A stretch of 64,000 nt of DNA, taken from sequence record ON540300.1; one strand, given 5' to 3'. The DNA is from Escherichia phage ECOH1. Made by a program: the position numbers and the translations under genes. Position 1 is the first letter of the stretch. Each line of letters opens with the position of its first letter. The notes below the pieces were generated by a model. That model saw only the letters and a list, made by a program, of their open reading frames with translations, was not told the DNA's origin and searched no databases. Below are positions 15,014 through 24,842 of this stretch, in pieces.

Positions 15014-15496
15014 TTGGCAGATTACGGTCAAAAGTCCATTGATGAGTTTTCATCACGTATGCAGGTAGCAAAAGGATATTCCAATGTTATGGGTGCAGCA
15101 GGAGAGCAAGTCGGTTGCACACCATTTAGTGGTATTATGGGTGTTGCTACAGAGTACGGTCAAAAAGCTATTGACACAATTAACAGTACACTAGATGGTG
15201 TTAATGATGTATTAAGTGACTTACAAGATGCTATTGATAAAGGTCTTGATACTGTTTCTGATTTAGCTAATCAAGCTGTTAGTAAGATTAATGAAGGTAT
15301 CTCGAAGATTACAGCTTATGCAGATGAAGTTGTGCAGATGATTGAAGAAGAAGCTGCCCTTATTGCAGAGTACCTTAAAACGAATATCAATGGGTTCTTA
15401 GCAGGTATCTTACCAGACTGGTTTGATGATGCTTGTAAAACTGGTGTAATTGACACTATTGCAACACCAGAAATGAAGAACGCATTACAGAAATAA
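15014..15496 (+). CDS. hypothetical protein (at least 160 aa); N-terminus uncertain
   Basis: ORF track start is TTG; the same frame stays open and protein-like back to 14831 with no ATG or GTG. Confidence 0.5.
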   Translation: MADYGQKSIDEFSSRMQVAKGYSNVMGAAGEQVGCTPFSGIMGVATEYGQKAIDTINSTLDGVNDVLSDLQDAIDKGLDTVSDLANQAVSKINEGISKITAYADEVVQMIEEEAALIAEYLKTNINGFLAGILPDWFDDACKTGVIDTIATPEMKNALQK

Positions 15497-15497
15497 T

Positions 15498-15590
15498 GGA
15501 AGATTAACCCTAAAAGGTAAGGGAGCAGTTTGCTAAACTGCCAGTAGCTGAGAAATCGGTGTACCAGTTCAAGTCTGGTATCTTCCTCCA
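15498..15590 (+). tRNA. tRNA-Ser (anticodon GCT), long variable arm
   Basis: Acceptor ggaagat/atcttcc 7/7, perfect anticodon stem gcagt/actgc, loop ttGCTaa, about 21-nt variable arm, T-loop TTCAAGT, CCA. Confidence 0.75.
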
Positions 15591-15594
15591 ATTT

Positions 15595-15670
15595 GAATCC
15601 GTGACAGAAATGGCTATGTACCTGTCTGCAAAACAGGTTTATAAGGGTTCGAGTCCCTTCGGATTCTCCA
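15595..15670 (+). tRNA. tRNA-Cys (anticodon GCA)
   Basis: Acceptor gaatccg/cggattc 7/7, perfect anticodon stem cctgt/acagg, loop ctGCAaa, T-loop TTCGAGT, CCA. Confidence 0.8.
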
Positions 15671-15705
15671 AGTTATTTTACTCTCTCTCAATTAAAATAA
15701 TAATA

Positions 15706-15768
15706 ATGCCCTGCTATAAGTATTCTTCCTTTCGCTACCGAAGAGTATTTTTAGACAGGGCTTTTTTA
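15706..15768 (+). terminator. long-hairpin Rho-independent terminator closing the tRNA array
   Basis: GCCCTG ... CAGGGC imperfect long hairpin followed by TTTTTT. Confidence 0.65.
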
Positions 15769-15830
15769 CAGAGTTATACTTTATAAGAAGACTTATACAG
15801 TATGTCTCTGACGTACATTGTGGTTTCTCC

Positions 15831-15857
15831 TTGACGGTCTCTGTACCGTCTTTTTTA
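15831..15857 (+). terminator. second tandem terminator
   Basis: GACGG-tctctgta-CCGTC then TTTTTT. Confidence 0.6.
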
Positions 15858-15892
15858 AGGAGAAACATGGTTAACTATTTGGAGAAAACATA

Positions 15893-16093
15893 ATGAGCGA
15901 GACCGTTTATAAAGAACTTTATGAAGCTAATAAGAAGCTAGAATTTATGCAGAATACTATCATGGCAATTGCAGACAGATTATCTGTAGCAACAGGTATT
16001 GATATTAAAGAAGCGTCTATGGATGCACTTCTTGACGCTGTTGATGCAAAGTTCGAAGTTAAGAAAGAAGAGACTGCTACAGACTCTGAATAA
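15893..16093 (+). CDS. small acidic protein (66 aa)
   Basis: ORF track; immediately upstream of terminase large subunit; no diagnostic motif. Confidence 0.45.
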   Translation: MSETVYKELYEANKKLEFMQNTIMAIADRLSVATGIDIKEASMDALLDAVDAKFEVKKEETATDSE

Positions 16094-16114
16094 TTCTATT
16101 TGCGGAGGTGCTTA

Positions 16115-17716
16115 ATGGACTTAAATGCTGTTAAGCAGAAGCGAGTGGAAGATGTTAGGAAAGTCCTAGCTGGAGAGTTGGGGCTTTCTGATGAAGTAAA
16201 AGAAATTATCAAATCATTCGGTAAAGACCCCTCTAAATTCCTTCCAACTCAAATTCTGACTTTATTAAGATACACACCAGACCAAGTTAGACTTATCTTC
16301 AAATTGATGACTGATAAGAACTATGTAGCCCCTCAGCCGGGTTCTCAAGAGGTCTTTTTAAATACTAATGCTGACTTGGTTCTCTATGGTGGTGCTGCGG
16401 GTGCTGGTAAGACTGCTGCATTGTTGATGGATTCTTTAAGATTTATTGAAGACCCTAACTATAATGCTGTGTATTTCCGTCGAAACACGACACAGTTACA
16501 AGGTGGTTTATGGCCTGCTGCAAAGAAACTATTTGGTAAGTTTGGTGGGGTTCCTCACGAGCAGAAGATGACTATCACATTCCCTTCTGGGGCCACTATC
16601 AAGTTTACCTACCTAGAACTTGAAAAGCACGCTGAAGGTCATCAGGGTATTGAATACTCAGCTATTTACTTTGACGAAGGTACGCACTTCTCTGCTTCAC
16701 AGATTTCATACCTACAGACTCGTCTACGTTCTGGGGCTGAAGGTGATTCATACATGAAGATTTCTATGAACCCAGACAGAGACCATTTTATTTACGATTG
16801 GGTAGAGCCATTCTTAGATGAAGAAGGTTACCCAGACCCTGAAAAGTGTGGTCGTATTCGTTGGTATGTAATGAATGATGGTGTTATGGTTTCTGATTGG
16901 GAGAGAGACAAGATTCTTGAAATGTTTCCTCTTGAGATTCCTCAAACATATACATTCATCTCTGGTACGATTGATGATAACCCAATTCTTGACTTCTTAG
17001 AACCTAAATATCGTGGTAAGTTGGAAAACAACACCCCTGTAAACGTTGCAAGACTTCGTTTCGGTAACTGGAAGGCTCGTGCAGAAGGTTCAAACTATTG
17101 GCAAAGACAATGGTGTGAAATTGTTGATTCACTTCCAGAAGATGTATTCGATGTCAGAGCATGGGACTTAGCAGCAACTTTACCATCTGAGATTAACCCT
17201 AATCCAGACTGGACAGCAGGTGTTAAGATGGGTAAATCTAAAAAAGACGGTTGCTATTATATCATTGATGTAGTAAGATTTAGAGATAGACCCTCTGGAG
17301 TCGAAACACAAATTAATTTGACTGCTGAAAGTGACGGTAAGCGAACTGGTATTTTTATCCCTCAAGACCCAGGCGCTGCTGGTAAATCCTACGCAACATC
17401 CCTCATCAGGAAACTTGCCGAGAAAGGTTATCGAGCAAGGGCTAAACCAACAAATAAAGATAAAGTTACCCGATTTGCGGGGTTTTCTGCTGCTTCTGAA
17501 GCTGGACTTGTAAAAGTCTTGAGAGGTAGTTGGAACGAAGCTTACTTCCAAGAACTTGAAGGTTTTTGTGGTGATGGTAAAACTAAAGATGACCAAGTGG
17601 ATGCTACCAGTGATGCTTTCAACAGTCTTAACGAAGTTAAATTATTCAAGCCACCATCAATGGGTGCTCACACAGACTTAGTGAGAGGAAACCCATATGA
17701 GGGGCTTAGACGTTGA
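16115..17716 (+). CDS. terL: terminase large subunit
   Basis: Walker A LYGGAAGAGKTAAL; GGAGG RBS 6 nt before ATG 16115 (track start 16100 is TTG); about 534 aa. Confidence 0.85.
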   Translation: MDLNAVKQKRVEDVRKVLAGELGLSDEVKEIIKSFGKDPSKFLPTQILTLLRYTPDQVRLIFKLMTDKNYVAPQPGSQEVFLNTNADLVLYGGAAGAGKTAALLMDSLRFIEDPNYNAVYFRRNTTQLQGGLWPAAKKLFGKFGGVPHEQKMTITFPSGATIKFTYLELEKHAEGHQGIEYSAIYFDEGTHFSASQISYLQTRLRSGAEGDSYMKISMNPDRDHFIYDWVEPFLDEEGYPDPEKCGRIRWYVMNDGVMVSDWERDKILEMFPLEIPQTYTFISGTIDDNPILDFLEPKYRGKLENNTPVNVARLRFGNWKARAEGSNYWQRQWCEIVDSLPEDVFDVRAWDLAATLPSEINPNPDWTAGVKMGKSKKDGCYYIIDVVRFRDRPSGVETQINLTAESDGKRTGIFIPQDPGAAGKSYATSLIRKLAEKGYRARAKPTNKDKVTRFAGFSAASEAGLVKVLRGSWNEAYFQELEGFCGDGKTKDDQVDATSDAFNSLNEVKLFKPPSMGAHTDLVRGNPYEGLRR

Positions 17717-17732
17717 TAGCTAGGTGAGAAGA

Positions 17733-19199
17733 ATGGCAGATATTACAGAAACACAAGAAAGCTTACCACCATTTAGAATGGGTGAAGTAGGTTCTTTGGG
17801 TCTGAAGGTTAAGAATGGAAGAATCTATGAAGAACCTCGTCAGGCACTAAGGTTCCCTGAAAGTATTAAAACTTTCCAATTAATGATGCGTGACCCTGCT
17901 GTAGCAGCATCTGTAAATATTATTAAGATGTTTGTCAGAAAAGTCAACTGGAGATTCGTACCTCCAAAGGGAAAAGAGCAAGACCCTAAAATGCTTGAAA
18001 GAGCAGACTTCTTTAATTCTTTAATGGATGACATGGAGCATGATTGGGCAGATTTTATTAACTCTGTAATGTCATTCTGCACTTATGGGTTCTGTGTTAA
18101 CGAAAAGGTTTATAAGAAACGTCAGGGTAAAAAAGGAAAGTATCAGTCAAAATTTGATGATGGTCTAATTGGGTGGGCTAAATTACCAATCAGAAACCAG
18201 TCAACACTTGATAAGTGGTATTTTGATGAAGACTTTAGAAAAGTTACTGGTGTCAGACAAAATCTAAGAAATGTTTCACATATTGCTGGAGCAATTAATC
18301 TTGGAGAAAGACCACTAACAAGAAAACTTCCACGAGCTAAATTCATGCTGTTTAAGTATGATGATGAGTATGGTAACCCAGAAGGTCGTTCACCATTACT
18401 TAATGCTTATGTACCGTGGAAGTATAAAGTACAGATTGAAGAGTACGAAGCTGTTGGTGTTTCAAGAGACTTGGTAGGTATGCCAAAGATTGGTTTACCA
18501 CCAGATTATCTTGATGAAAATGCAGAGCCTGAAAAGAAAGCTTTCGTACAATACTGCAAAACTGTTGTTAATGATATGATTGCTAATGACAGAGCAGGTT
18601 TAATCTGGCCTAGATATATCGACCCAGATACTAAAGAGGATATTTTTGAGTTCTCATTAGTTTCTAGACAGGGTGCTAAAGCGTATGACACAGGTTCTAT
18701 CATTGACAGATATTCTAAGCAGATTATGATGGCATTTATGTCAGATGTTCTTGCTATGGGTCAGTCAAAATATGGTTCATTCTCTCTTGCAGATTCTAAG
18801 ACAAGTCTATTAGCGATGTCAGTAGATATTCTGCTGAAGCAAATTAAGAACGTAATTAACCGTGATTTAGTTGCACAGACTTATGCTCTTAATATGTGGG
18901 ATGACGAAGAACATGTACAAATCACATATGATGATATCGAAACTCCAGACCTTGAAGCAATTGGTTCTTATATTCAGAAGACTGTTGCAGTAGGTGCTTT
19001 GGAAGTTGACAAAGAGCTATCTAACAAACTTAGAGAGCATATTGGTCTCCCTCCTGCTGATGAGTCTCAGCCAGTATCTGAAAAGCTTTCTCCAAATAGC
19101 CAAAGCCGCTCAGGAGATGGTTATAAGACCGCTGGAGAAGGTACTGCAAAGACACCTTCAGCGAAAGACCCAAGCACAGCAAATAAGGCAAATAAATAA
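17733..19199 (+). CDS. portal protein (putative)
   Basis: About 490 aa directly downstream of terL; ATG 17733 with RBS; no motif check possible by eye. Confidence 0.6.
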   Translation: MADITETQESLPPFRMGEVGSLGLKVKNGRIYEEPRQALRFPESIKTFQLMMRDPAVAASVNIIKMFVRKVNWRFVPPKGKEQDPKMLERADFFNSLMDDMEHDWADFINSVMSFCTYGFCVNEKVYKKRQGKKGKYQSKFDDGLIGWAKLPIRNQSTLDKWYFDEDFRKVTGVRQNLRNVSHIAGAINLGERPLTRKLPRAKFMLFKYDDEYGNPEGRSPLLNAYVPWKYKVQIEEYEAVGVSRDLVGMPKIGLPPDYLDENAEPEKKAFVQYCKTVVNDMIANDRAGLIWPRYIDPDTKEDIFEFSLVSRQGAKAYDTGSIIDRYSKQIMMAFMSDVLAMGQSKYGSFSLADSKTSLLAMSVDILLKQIKNVINRDLVAQTYALNMWDDEEHVQITYDDIETPDLEAIGSYIQKTVAVGALEVDKELSNKLREHIGLPPADESQPVSEKLSPNSQSRSGDGYKTAGEGTAKTPSAKDPSTANKANK

Positions 19200-19699
19200 T
19201 GGCTGAAATTATCTCTATTTCAAATGCTACACGAGTGCATTCGTATAGGGGTGTCCTTATCATTACTGATAAGCTATCTGTAGAGGCTGGCTCAAGGGTC
19301 AGCCTTTCAGGTTATGTTAGTGATGGTGGAGTCTCTGACGTTTTCACTATTTGCAGGTTACTTGATGCACCAATGAGTGGAAAACCGTTTATTTCAGGAA
19401 ATTGTAGTGAAATTGTTAAAATTCCATTTGACAGTTCATGCCTTTTGGGTGTAAAGTTATATAACTGCGAGAATAAACGTATCAATGTTAATAGCATTGA
19501 AGCCGCTTTCATTACCCTCGACACTGCATTTCAATCCCCAATGACAGTTAACAAAGAAACAAACAGACTTGAATACATTTTTTCACAAAATGATTACAAA
19601 GTACTTGTCAAAGGTAAAGTATATGATATGATTGTAAATGTGGTAGATGAATCTGGTAACCATTCAACAGTCCTTAAACAAAAAGTAAGGTTTAATTAA
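19199..19699 (+). CDS. hypothetical head-module protein (166 aa)
   Basis: ORF track; position. Confidence 0.5.
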   Translation: MAEIISISNATRVHSYRGVLIITDKLSVEAGSRVSLSGYVSDGGVSDVFTICRLLDAPMSGKPFISGNCSEIVKIPFDSSCLLGVKLYNCENKRINVNSIEAAFITLDTAFQSPMTVNKETNRLEYIFSQNDYKVLVKGKVYDMIVNVVDESGNHSTVLKQKVRFN

Positions 19700-20031
19700 T
19701 GGGAACATTAACTATTGATGGTAAGAATAAAATCCTCGCCACGCTAACCCCAACGACTATTATTTTACACAATGTAGACCCAACGGCAGACCCTACAGCA
19801 AATAAGGTTACTCAGCCAGTGGCTATTTATTTTTCTGAACCGGATAATGGCTTAATTGCCTCAGAAGACACAGTTAATATTACTGTTCCAGCTTCTGCAA
19901 CGGTCTCACACTATAGCTTGTGGGATGCTAACGATAAATGCGTGGCAACTGGTGCTCTTAGCAAACCTCAATTCTTTGCTGAAGAAGGTATCTATGTTAT
20001 CTCTTCAGTCTCTGTAGATTTAAACAAATAG
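19699..20031 (+). CDS. hypothetical protein (110 aa)
   Basis: ORF track; position. Confidence 0.5.
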   Translation: MGTLTIDGKNKILATLTPTTIILHNVDPTADPTANKVTQPVAIYFSEPDNGLIASEDTVNITVPASATVSHYSLWDANDKCVATGALSKPQFFAEEGIYVISSVSVDLNK

Positions 20032-20042
20032 GGTGAGTAAAA

Positions 20043-21389
20043 ATGAGTTCGAATATCTTCAGACTTGCTGATAGATTATTCAACCAACCTTTACTAGCCA
20101 CTGAATCATTAGCTCACTCAGCAGCAACTTATGTGAATAACAGATTGCTGGGTGATGTCCAAGCAGCAGTAAACTTTGATAAACCCAAAGGTGAAGCAAG
20201 AAGTCTTTTAAAAGTAAAAGATGACATTGCTATTATTCCTATTATGGGTGGTTTAACCCATCGTATGACATTCATTGATGCAATGTGTACAGGTGGATTA
20301 AGCTCTTATGAAGGTTTGCGTAGAGGCTTTGACGAAGCTTTAGCAGATGAGTCAATTAAGACTATCGTTCTGCATATTGATTCTGGTGGTGGTGAAGCTT
20401 CAGGTTGCTTTGAATTAGCACGTCACATTATGGCTTCAAGAGGCCAAAAGAAAATTATTGCTTATGTAGATGAGTTCGCTTGTTCCGCTGCATATGCTCT
20501 TGCATCTTCTGCTGAAGAAATTATTGCATCACCAGATGCAGATGTTGGTTCTATTGGTGTAATCATGGTTCATCAGGAATTAACTAAGGCATTTGAAAAG
20601 AATGGCGTAACAATTAACGTCATCAAAGCTGGTGAGTTTAAAGGTATGGGTTCACCATTCCAAGCACTCTCAGAAGAAAGCAAAGAAAGACTTCAAAAGA
20701 GAATTAATGATACCTACGCAACCTTTACAGGTTTTGTAGCTGAATCTCGTAATCTCTCTGAAGAAGCTGTAAAGAATACTGAGGCGAATGTTTATTCTGC
20801 TCAGGAAGCTCTTGAACTTGGTTTAATTAACTCAATCATGTCTCAAGATGATTTCTTAAATTACTTACAAGGTTCTGAAGAGGCTCCTGTAAGTTTAAAC
20901 GTTAACAATTCAGGTGAAGAAATGACTGAACAAGAAAAGCAAGAACTAGAAGCTTTGCGTCTTCAGGTTGCTCAAATGAAAGCTAAAGAACAGGAAGCTG
21001 CTTTGTCAGATTTGACTAATAAGATTTCTGCTTCTGCTGAAGCTTTTGGATTTGATGCAAAAGAAGCTGCAACGACTATTTTAGGTGCTGGTCTTGATAA
21101 CCCTCTGAGTGTTCTGTTTATGAATGCTATGGAAGGTGCTAACCAGAAACTTAATGAAACTATCGCATCCCATGCTTCTGCAATGGAAGAAAAAGAATCA
21201 GAAATTACCAAGCTGAAAGAAACTGCTGGTGCTGTTCTTGAACATTCCAACGCTATGGAAGAAGTGGGTAATGACGGCGAAGCTGATTTGGTTGAAGAAG
21301 AAAAAGAACCAGCTAAGAATGCTTCCGAAGACACCGCTGAACAACGCAAACTGGCTCTCCAGAATGCTCTAAAATCTCTTATCAAATAA
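20043..21389 (+). CDS. prohead protease (S49/ClpP-like) fused to scaffold-like coiled-coil C-terminus
   Basis: IVLHIDSGGGEASG and AYVDEFACSAAYALASSA resemble S49 peptidase core; C-terminal 150 aa Ala/Glu-rich coiled coil. Confidence 0.7.
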   Translation: MSSNIFRLADRLFNQPLLATESLAHSAATYVNNRLLGDVQAAVNFDKPKGEARSLLKVKDDIAIIPIMGGLTHRMTFIDAMCTGGLSSYEGLRRGFDEALADESIKTIVLHIDSGGGEASGCFELARHIMASRGQKKIIAYVDEFACSAAYALASSAEEIIASPDADVGSIGVIMVHQELTKAFEKNGVTINVIKAGEFKGMGSPFQALSEESKERLQKRINDTYATFTGFVAESRNLSEEAVKNTEANVYSAQEALELGLINSIMSQDDFLNYLQGSEEAPVSLNVNNSGEEMTEQEKQELEALRLQVAQMKAKEQEAALSDLTNKISASAEAFGFDAKEAATTILGAGLDNPLSVLFMNAMEGANQKLNETIASHASAMEEKESEITKLKETAGAVLEHSNAMEEVGNDGEADLVEEEKEPAKNASEDTAEQRKLALQNALKSLIK

Positions 21390-21400
21390 GGAACACAACA

Positions 21401-21778
21401 ATGGCATATCAAGGTTTTACTAAGTTAGGTAAAAGAGAACCTCTGAATGATATCATTCTTTGGGAACAGGTTACCCCAACAGGCCACTCTCGTAAAGAGT
21501 ACACCCCACAGGCATCTACAGAATATCGTGTAGGTGAAGTTCTGAAAGCAGACGGTACTAAGGTTACAGCAGGGCAAGAAGCTCAGGCTGACTCTGTATG
21601 TATCGTTAACTTCTACGCAGACTCACAACTGTCTTATCATGGTCAGTTGAAAGTTGTTGGTATTTACCGCGACGCAGAACTGAAAGACATGCTTACTCTT
21701 GAAGCAAGCGTTGACGCTGCCGAAGTCAAGAAAGCTCTGGCTGCCAAAGGTATTGATTTCGTACCAACTGGCCTGTAA
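21401..21778 (+). CDS. hypothetical head protein (125 aa)
   Basis: ORF track; between protease and capsid genes. Confidence 0.5.
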   Translation: MAYQGFTKLGKREPLNDIILWEQVTPTGHSRKEYTPQASTEYRVGEVLKADGTKVTAGQEAQADSVCIVNFYADSQLSYHGQLKVVGIYRDAELKDMLTLEASVDAAEVKKALAAKGIDFVPTGL

Positions 21779-21811
21779 TAAAAATAATAAGACATTCTGG
21801 AGAATTTTACA

Positions 21812-22918
21812 ATGTTGACTAATTCTGAAAAAAGCAGATTTTTCCTTGCTGACCTGACTGGTGAAGTCCAGTCTATCCCAAATACTTATGGGTATATTTC
21901 CAACTTAGGTCTGTTCCGTTCAGCACCAATCACCCAAACTACTTTCCTGATGGATTTGACTGATTGGGATGTTAGCTTGCTTGATGCGGTAGACCGTGAT
22001 AGCCGTAAAGCAGAGACTAGCGCACCTGAGCGTGTTCGTCAAATCAGCTTCCCAATGATGTACTTCAAAGAAGTTGAAAGCATCACTCCTGATGAAATTC
22101 AGGGTGTACGTCAGCCAGGCACTGCAAACGAACTGACTACTGAAGCTGTAGTACGTGCTAAGAAGCTGATGAAGATTCGTACCAAGTTCGATATTACTCG
22201 TGAGTTCCTGTTTATGCAAGCTCTGAAGGGTAAAGTTGTCGATGCTCGTGGTACTCTGTACGCTGACCTGTACAAGCAGTTCGACGTTGAGAAGAAGACT
22301 GTTTACTTCGACCTTGCCAACCCTAATGCTGACATCGACGCTTCTATCGAAGAACTGCGTATGCACATGGAAGATGAAGCTAAGACTGGCACTGTAATCA
22401 ACGGTGAAGAAATTCACGTAGTCGTTGACCGTGTATTCTTCAGCAAACTGGTTAAGCACCCTAAGATTCGTGACGCTTATCTTGCACAGCAGACTCCGCT
22501 GGCTTGGCAACAGATTACTGGTTCTCTGAGAACTGGTGGTACTGACGGCGTTCAGGCTCATATGAACACCTTCTACTACGGTGGTGTTAAGTTTGTCCAG
22601 TACAACGGTAAGTTCAAAGACAAGCGTGGTAAGGTTCACACTCTGGTTGGCATTGATGGTGTAGCAGCAACTGTTGGTGTTGGTCATGCCTTCCCTAACG
22701 TATCTATGCTGGGTGAAGCTAACAACATCTTCGAAGTGGCATATGGCCCATGTCCTAAGATGGGTTATGCAAATACACTTGGTCAGGAACTGTACGTATT
22801 TGAATACGAAAAAGACCGTGACGAAGGTATTGACTTCGAAGCTCACTCTTACATGCTGCCATACTGCACTCGTCCTCAGTTGCTGGTAGATGTTCGCGCT
22901 GACGCTCAAGGTGGCTAA
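21812..22918 (+). CDS. major capsid protein (putative)
   Basis: 368 aa downstream of protease/scaffold with strong codon usage; by position. Confidence 0.65.
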   Translation: MLTNSEKSRFFLADLTGEVQSIPNTYGYISNLGLFRSAPITQTTFLMDLTDWDVSLLDAVDRDSRKAETSAPERVRQISFPMMYFKEVESITPDEIQGVRQPGTANELTTEAVVRAKKLMKIRTKFDITREFLFMQALKGKVVDARGTLYADLYKQFDVEKKTVYFDLANPNADIDASIEELRMHMEDEAKTGTVINGEEIHVVVDRVFFSKLVKHPKIRDAYLAQQTPLAWQQITGSLRTGGTDGVQAHMNTFYYGGVKFVQYNGKFKDKRGKVHTLVGIDGVAATVGVGHAFPNVSMLGEANNIFEVAYGPCPKMGYANTLGQELYVFEYEKDRDEGIDFEAHSYMLPYCTRPQLLVDVRADAQGG

Positions 22919-22938
22919 TAAACTTAGGAGGGTTATGA

Positions 22939-23388
22939 ATGTGTTATACAGGCGACCCAGCCAATAACCCTCTTGATAGAGTAAGAATCCTCTGCACAGA
23001 CACTAATAATGATGAAATTCTTATTGAGCAGTCTGTGCTAGAGTGGTTCTATCAAGAATCTGGAAAGGATGAAAAGAAAGCAGCCATCAAAGCTCTTAAA
23101 TATTTACTCTTTCAAGTAGCCAAGATGGGAGATGAGAAGGTTGGTGGTGTTTACTTACGTAACTCTTCCAGATTCAAATCTCTGAAAGCTGTTTATGACG
23201 ACCTTGTTAAAAGCTCTGTTTCAGGACTACCCTATGCAGGTGGTATTAACCAGTGCGACATTGATATGCGTCGTCAGAATCCTTGCTCTGTCAAGAAATA
23301 CACAGAATATGGTGATGCTGCCAGATACGAAGGCAGAGATTACTGCAACCGTGTTAATGGCGTATTTATTATCGAGCGAGATGAATAA
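22939..23388 (+). CDS. head-tail connector or completion protein (putative)
   Basis: ORF track; position. Confidence 0.45.
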   Translation: MCYTGDPANNPLDRVRILCTDTNNDEILIEQSVLEWFYQESGKDEKKAAIKALKYLLFQVAKMGDEKVGGVYLRNSSRFKSLKAVYDDLVKSSVSGLPYAGGINQCDIDMRRQNPCSVKKYTEYGDAARYEGRDYCNRVNGVFIIERDE

Positions 23389-23870
23389 TGGTTAAAAGGG
23401 TTATTCACCCCGCTAGAGCAAAATTAGTCGGGGCTATGAAGAACTTGCAAACGGCTAATGCTCAAGTTGGGTATTTTCAAGAACAAGGTCAACATAGCTC
23501 TGGTTTTTCTTATCCTGCTTTAATGTATTTACAAGAAGTTATTGGGGTTCCTTCAGCTTCTGGTAAAGTATATCGTAGGTTGTTTGAAATCACTATGATG
23601 CTAAACAAACAGACCTTGTTAGAGCAGACTAAGAAGAATCTATATAAGCAACTTAGCAGTCTCAACACAGACCCTTCAAATACCTTAGAAGCATTTGCAA
23701 AGAATGCTCAAAAGGCAATTAAAAGAGGTTTTGGTAATTCTGCTATCCTCCCTCCTAACGCACCTTCCACAGTCAAGAAAAAAGGCTTTAATGCACCTCT
23801 TGTTGAGACAGGTGACTTAAGAGATAGCCTTGCTTATAAAATTTCTACTAAGAAGGGTATTAAGAAATGA
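23388..23870 (+). CDS. head-tail joining protein (putative)
   Basis: ORF track; position. Confidence 0.45.
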   Translation: MVKRVIHPARAKLVGAMKNLQTANAQVGYFQEQGQHSSGFSYPALMYLQEVIGVPSASGKVYRRLFEITMMLNKQTLLEQTKKNLYKQLSSLNTDPSNTLEAFAKNAQKAIKRGFGNSAILPPNAPSTVKKKGFNAPLVETGDLRDSLAYKISTKKGIKK

Positions 23871-24268
23871 GACTCTTAAACAGACACAGCTTTATAGTAA
23901 AGCGTAAAGTCTCTGAAGACGGTTATTATAATGATGATGGTGATTGGGTAGCTTCACAAGATATTGTAGAGGTTAACTGCAAAGGTAATATCCAGCCATA
24001 TATCAAAGGTTCTGTAAAGAATGGTACACAGATTGCTTTACCGGAAGGTATTAGGCTTACCGATACAAGAATCCTGTATACCACATATAAACTTAGAACT
24101 TCAGATGATGTAGAGTGGAATGAGTCTGACATTGTTATGATTGATGGTCATGAGTATGAAGTATTTATGACTATGGATTGGTCACAGCAATTAGCCCATA
24201 CGTCCCATTATGAATATATCATTATTAGAAGGGATAAAATGAATGCAGTTAGAAACAGCAGAACTTGA
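23867..24268 (+). CDS. hypothetical structural protein (133 aa)
   Basis: ORF track. Confidence 0.45.
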   Translation: MRLLNRHSFIVKRKVSEDGYYNDDGDWVASQDIVEVNCKGNIQPYIKGSVKNGTQIALPEGIRLTDTRILYTTYKLRTSDDVEWNESDIVMIDGHEYEVFMTMDWSQQLAHTSHYEYIIIRRDKMNAVRNSRT

Positions 24269-24842
24269 AAAAGGTCTAGTTAGAACCTTAGTGGATGTTA
24301 TTGGTCACAGACTAACTCGTGATAAAAATAATAGACCAAATGTAATTAGAGCTTACCCTTCTGATAACTCAAATGACAAAGGTTTAAAACCTGACCAGCC
24401 ATTTATTACCGTATATTGTCAAGATGCTGCAACACCTTATGGTTGGGTTCTTGATAAGTTTGTTGAGGATGATGTAGTTTGCTACAGAATTGCTTTTCAG
24501 ATTCCTGTACTAATTACGGTGAATGGTAAAGGTGCTCACAGTATTATGCTTGAGCTTAAACAACGATTAGAGATGAGTTCAGTCAGGGATTTAATTCTTG
24601 AAGAAACAGGGGCAACAGTCTTAGACACTGGAGCTATCCCGAATGACTATACTTATCTTAATACAGATTTCGAAAATTCTGCGCCTCTTGTTGTAACTCT
24701 TGTAAAAAATTCAGTCCTGAAAGATGAACGTGGAGGTATTATTGAACGTGTCATTGTTGATGGTGAATTAGTTTACGAAGAAGGACAAGAGCCACCAGAA
24801 TATACTATCCATCTAGATGTAGACTCCAAAGGGGTAAAATAA
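24243..24842 (+). CDS. hypothetical structural protein (199 aa)
   Basis: ORF track. Confidence 0.45.
   Translation: MQLETAELEKGLVRTLVDVIGHRLTRDKNNRPNVIRAYPSDNSNDKGLKPDQPFITVYCQDAATPYGWVLDKFVEDDVVCYRIAFQIPVLITVNGKGAHSIMLELKQRLEMSSVRDLILEETGATVLDTGAIPNDYTYLNTDFENSAPLVVTLVKNSVLKDERGGIIERVIVDGELVYEEGQEPPEYTIHLDVDSKGVK

Noticed and set aside
15316-15786. ORFs 15316..15591 (-) and 15559..15786 (+)
   Set aside because: Overlap tRNA-Ser(GCT), tRNA-Cys and the long terminator hairpin; spurious.
17180-17596. 138-aa antisense ORF inside terL (and similar antisense ORFs at 1408..1716, 2433..2855, 3267..3605, 5958..6260, 9282..9548, 20972..21412, 48516..48938)
   Set aside because: All lie inside longer, better-supported genes on the opposite strand.
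21920-22909. 329-aa antisense ORF inside the major capsid gene
   Set aside because: Long only because the sense strand avoids codons that are stops in reverse complement; no RBS or start context; the sense ORF has the strong coding signal.
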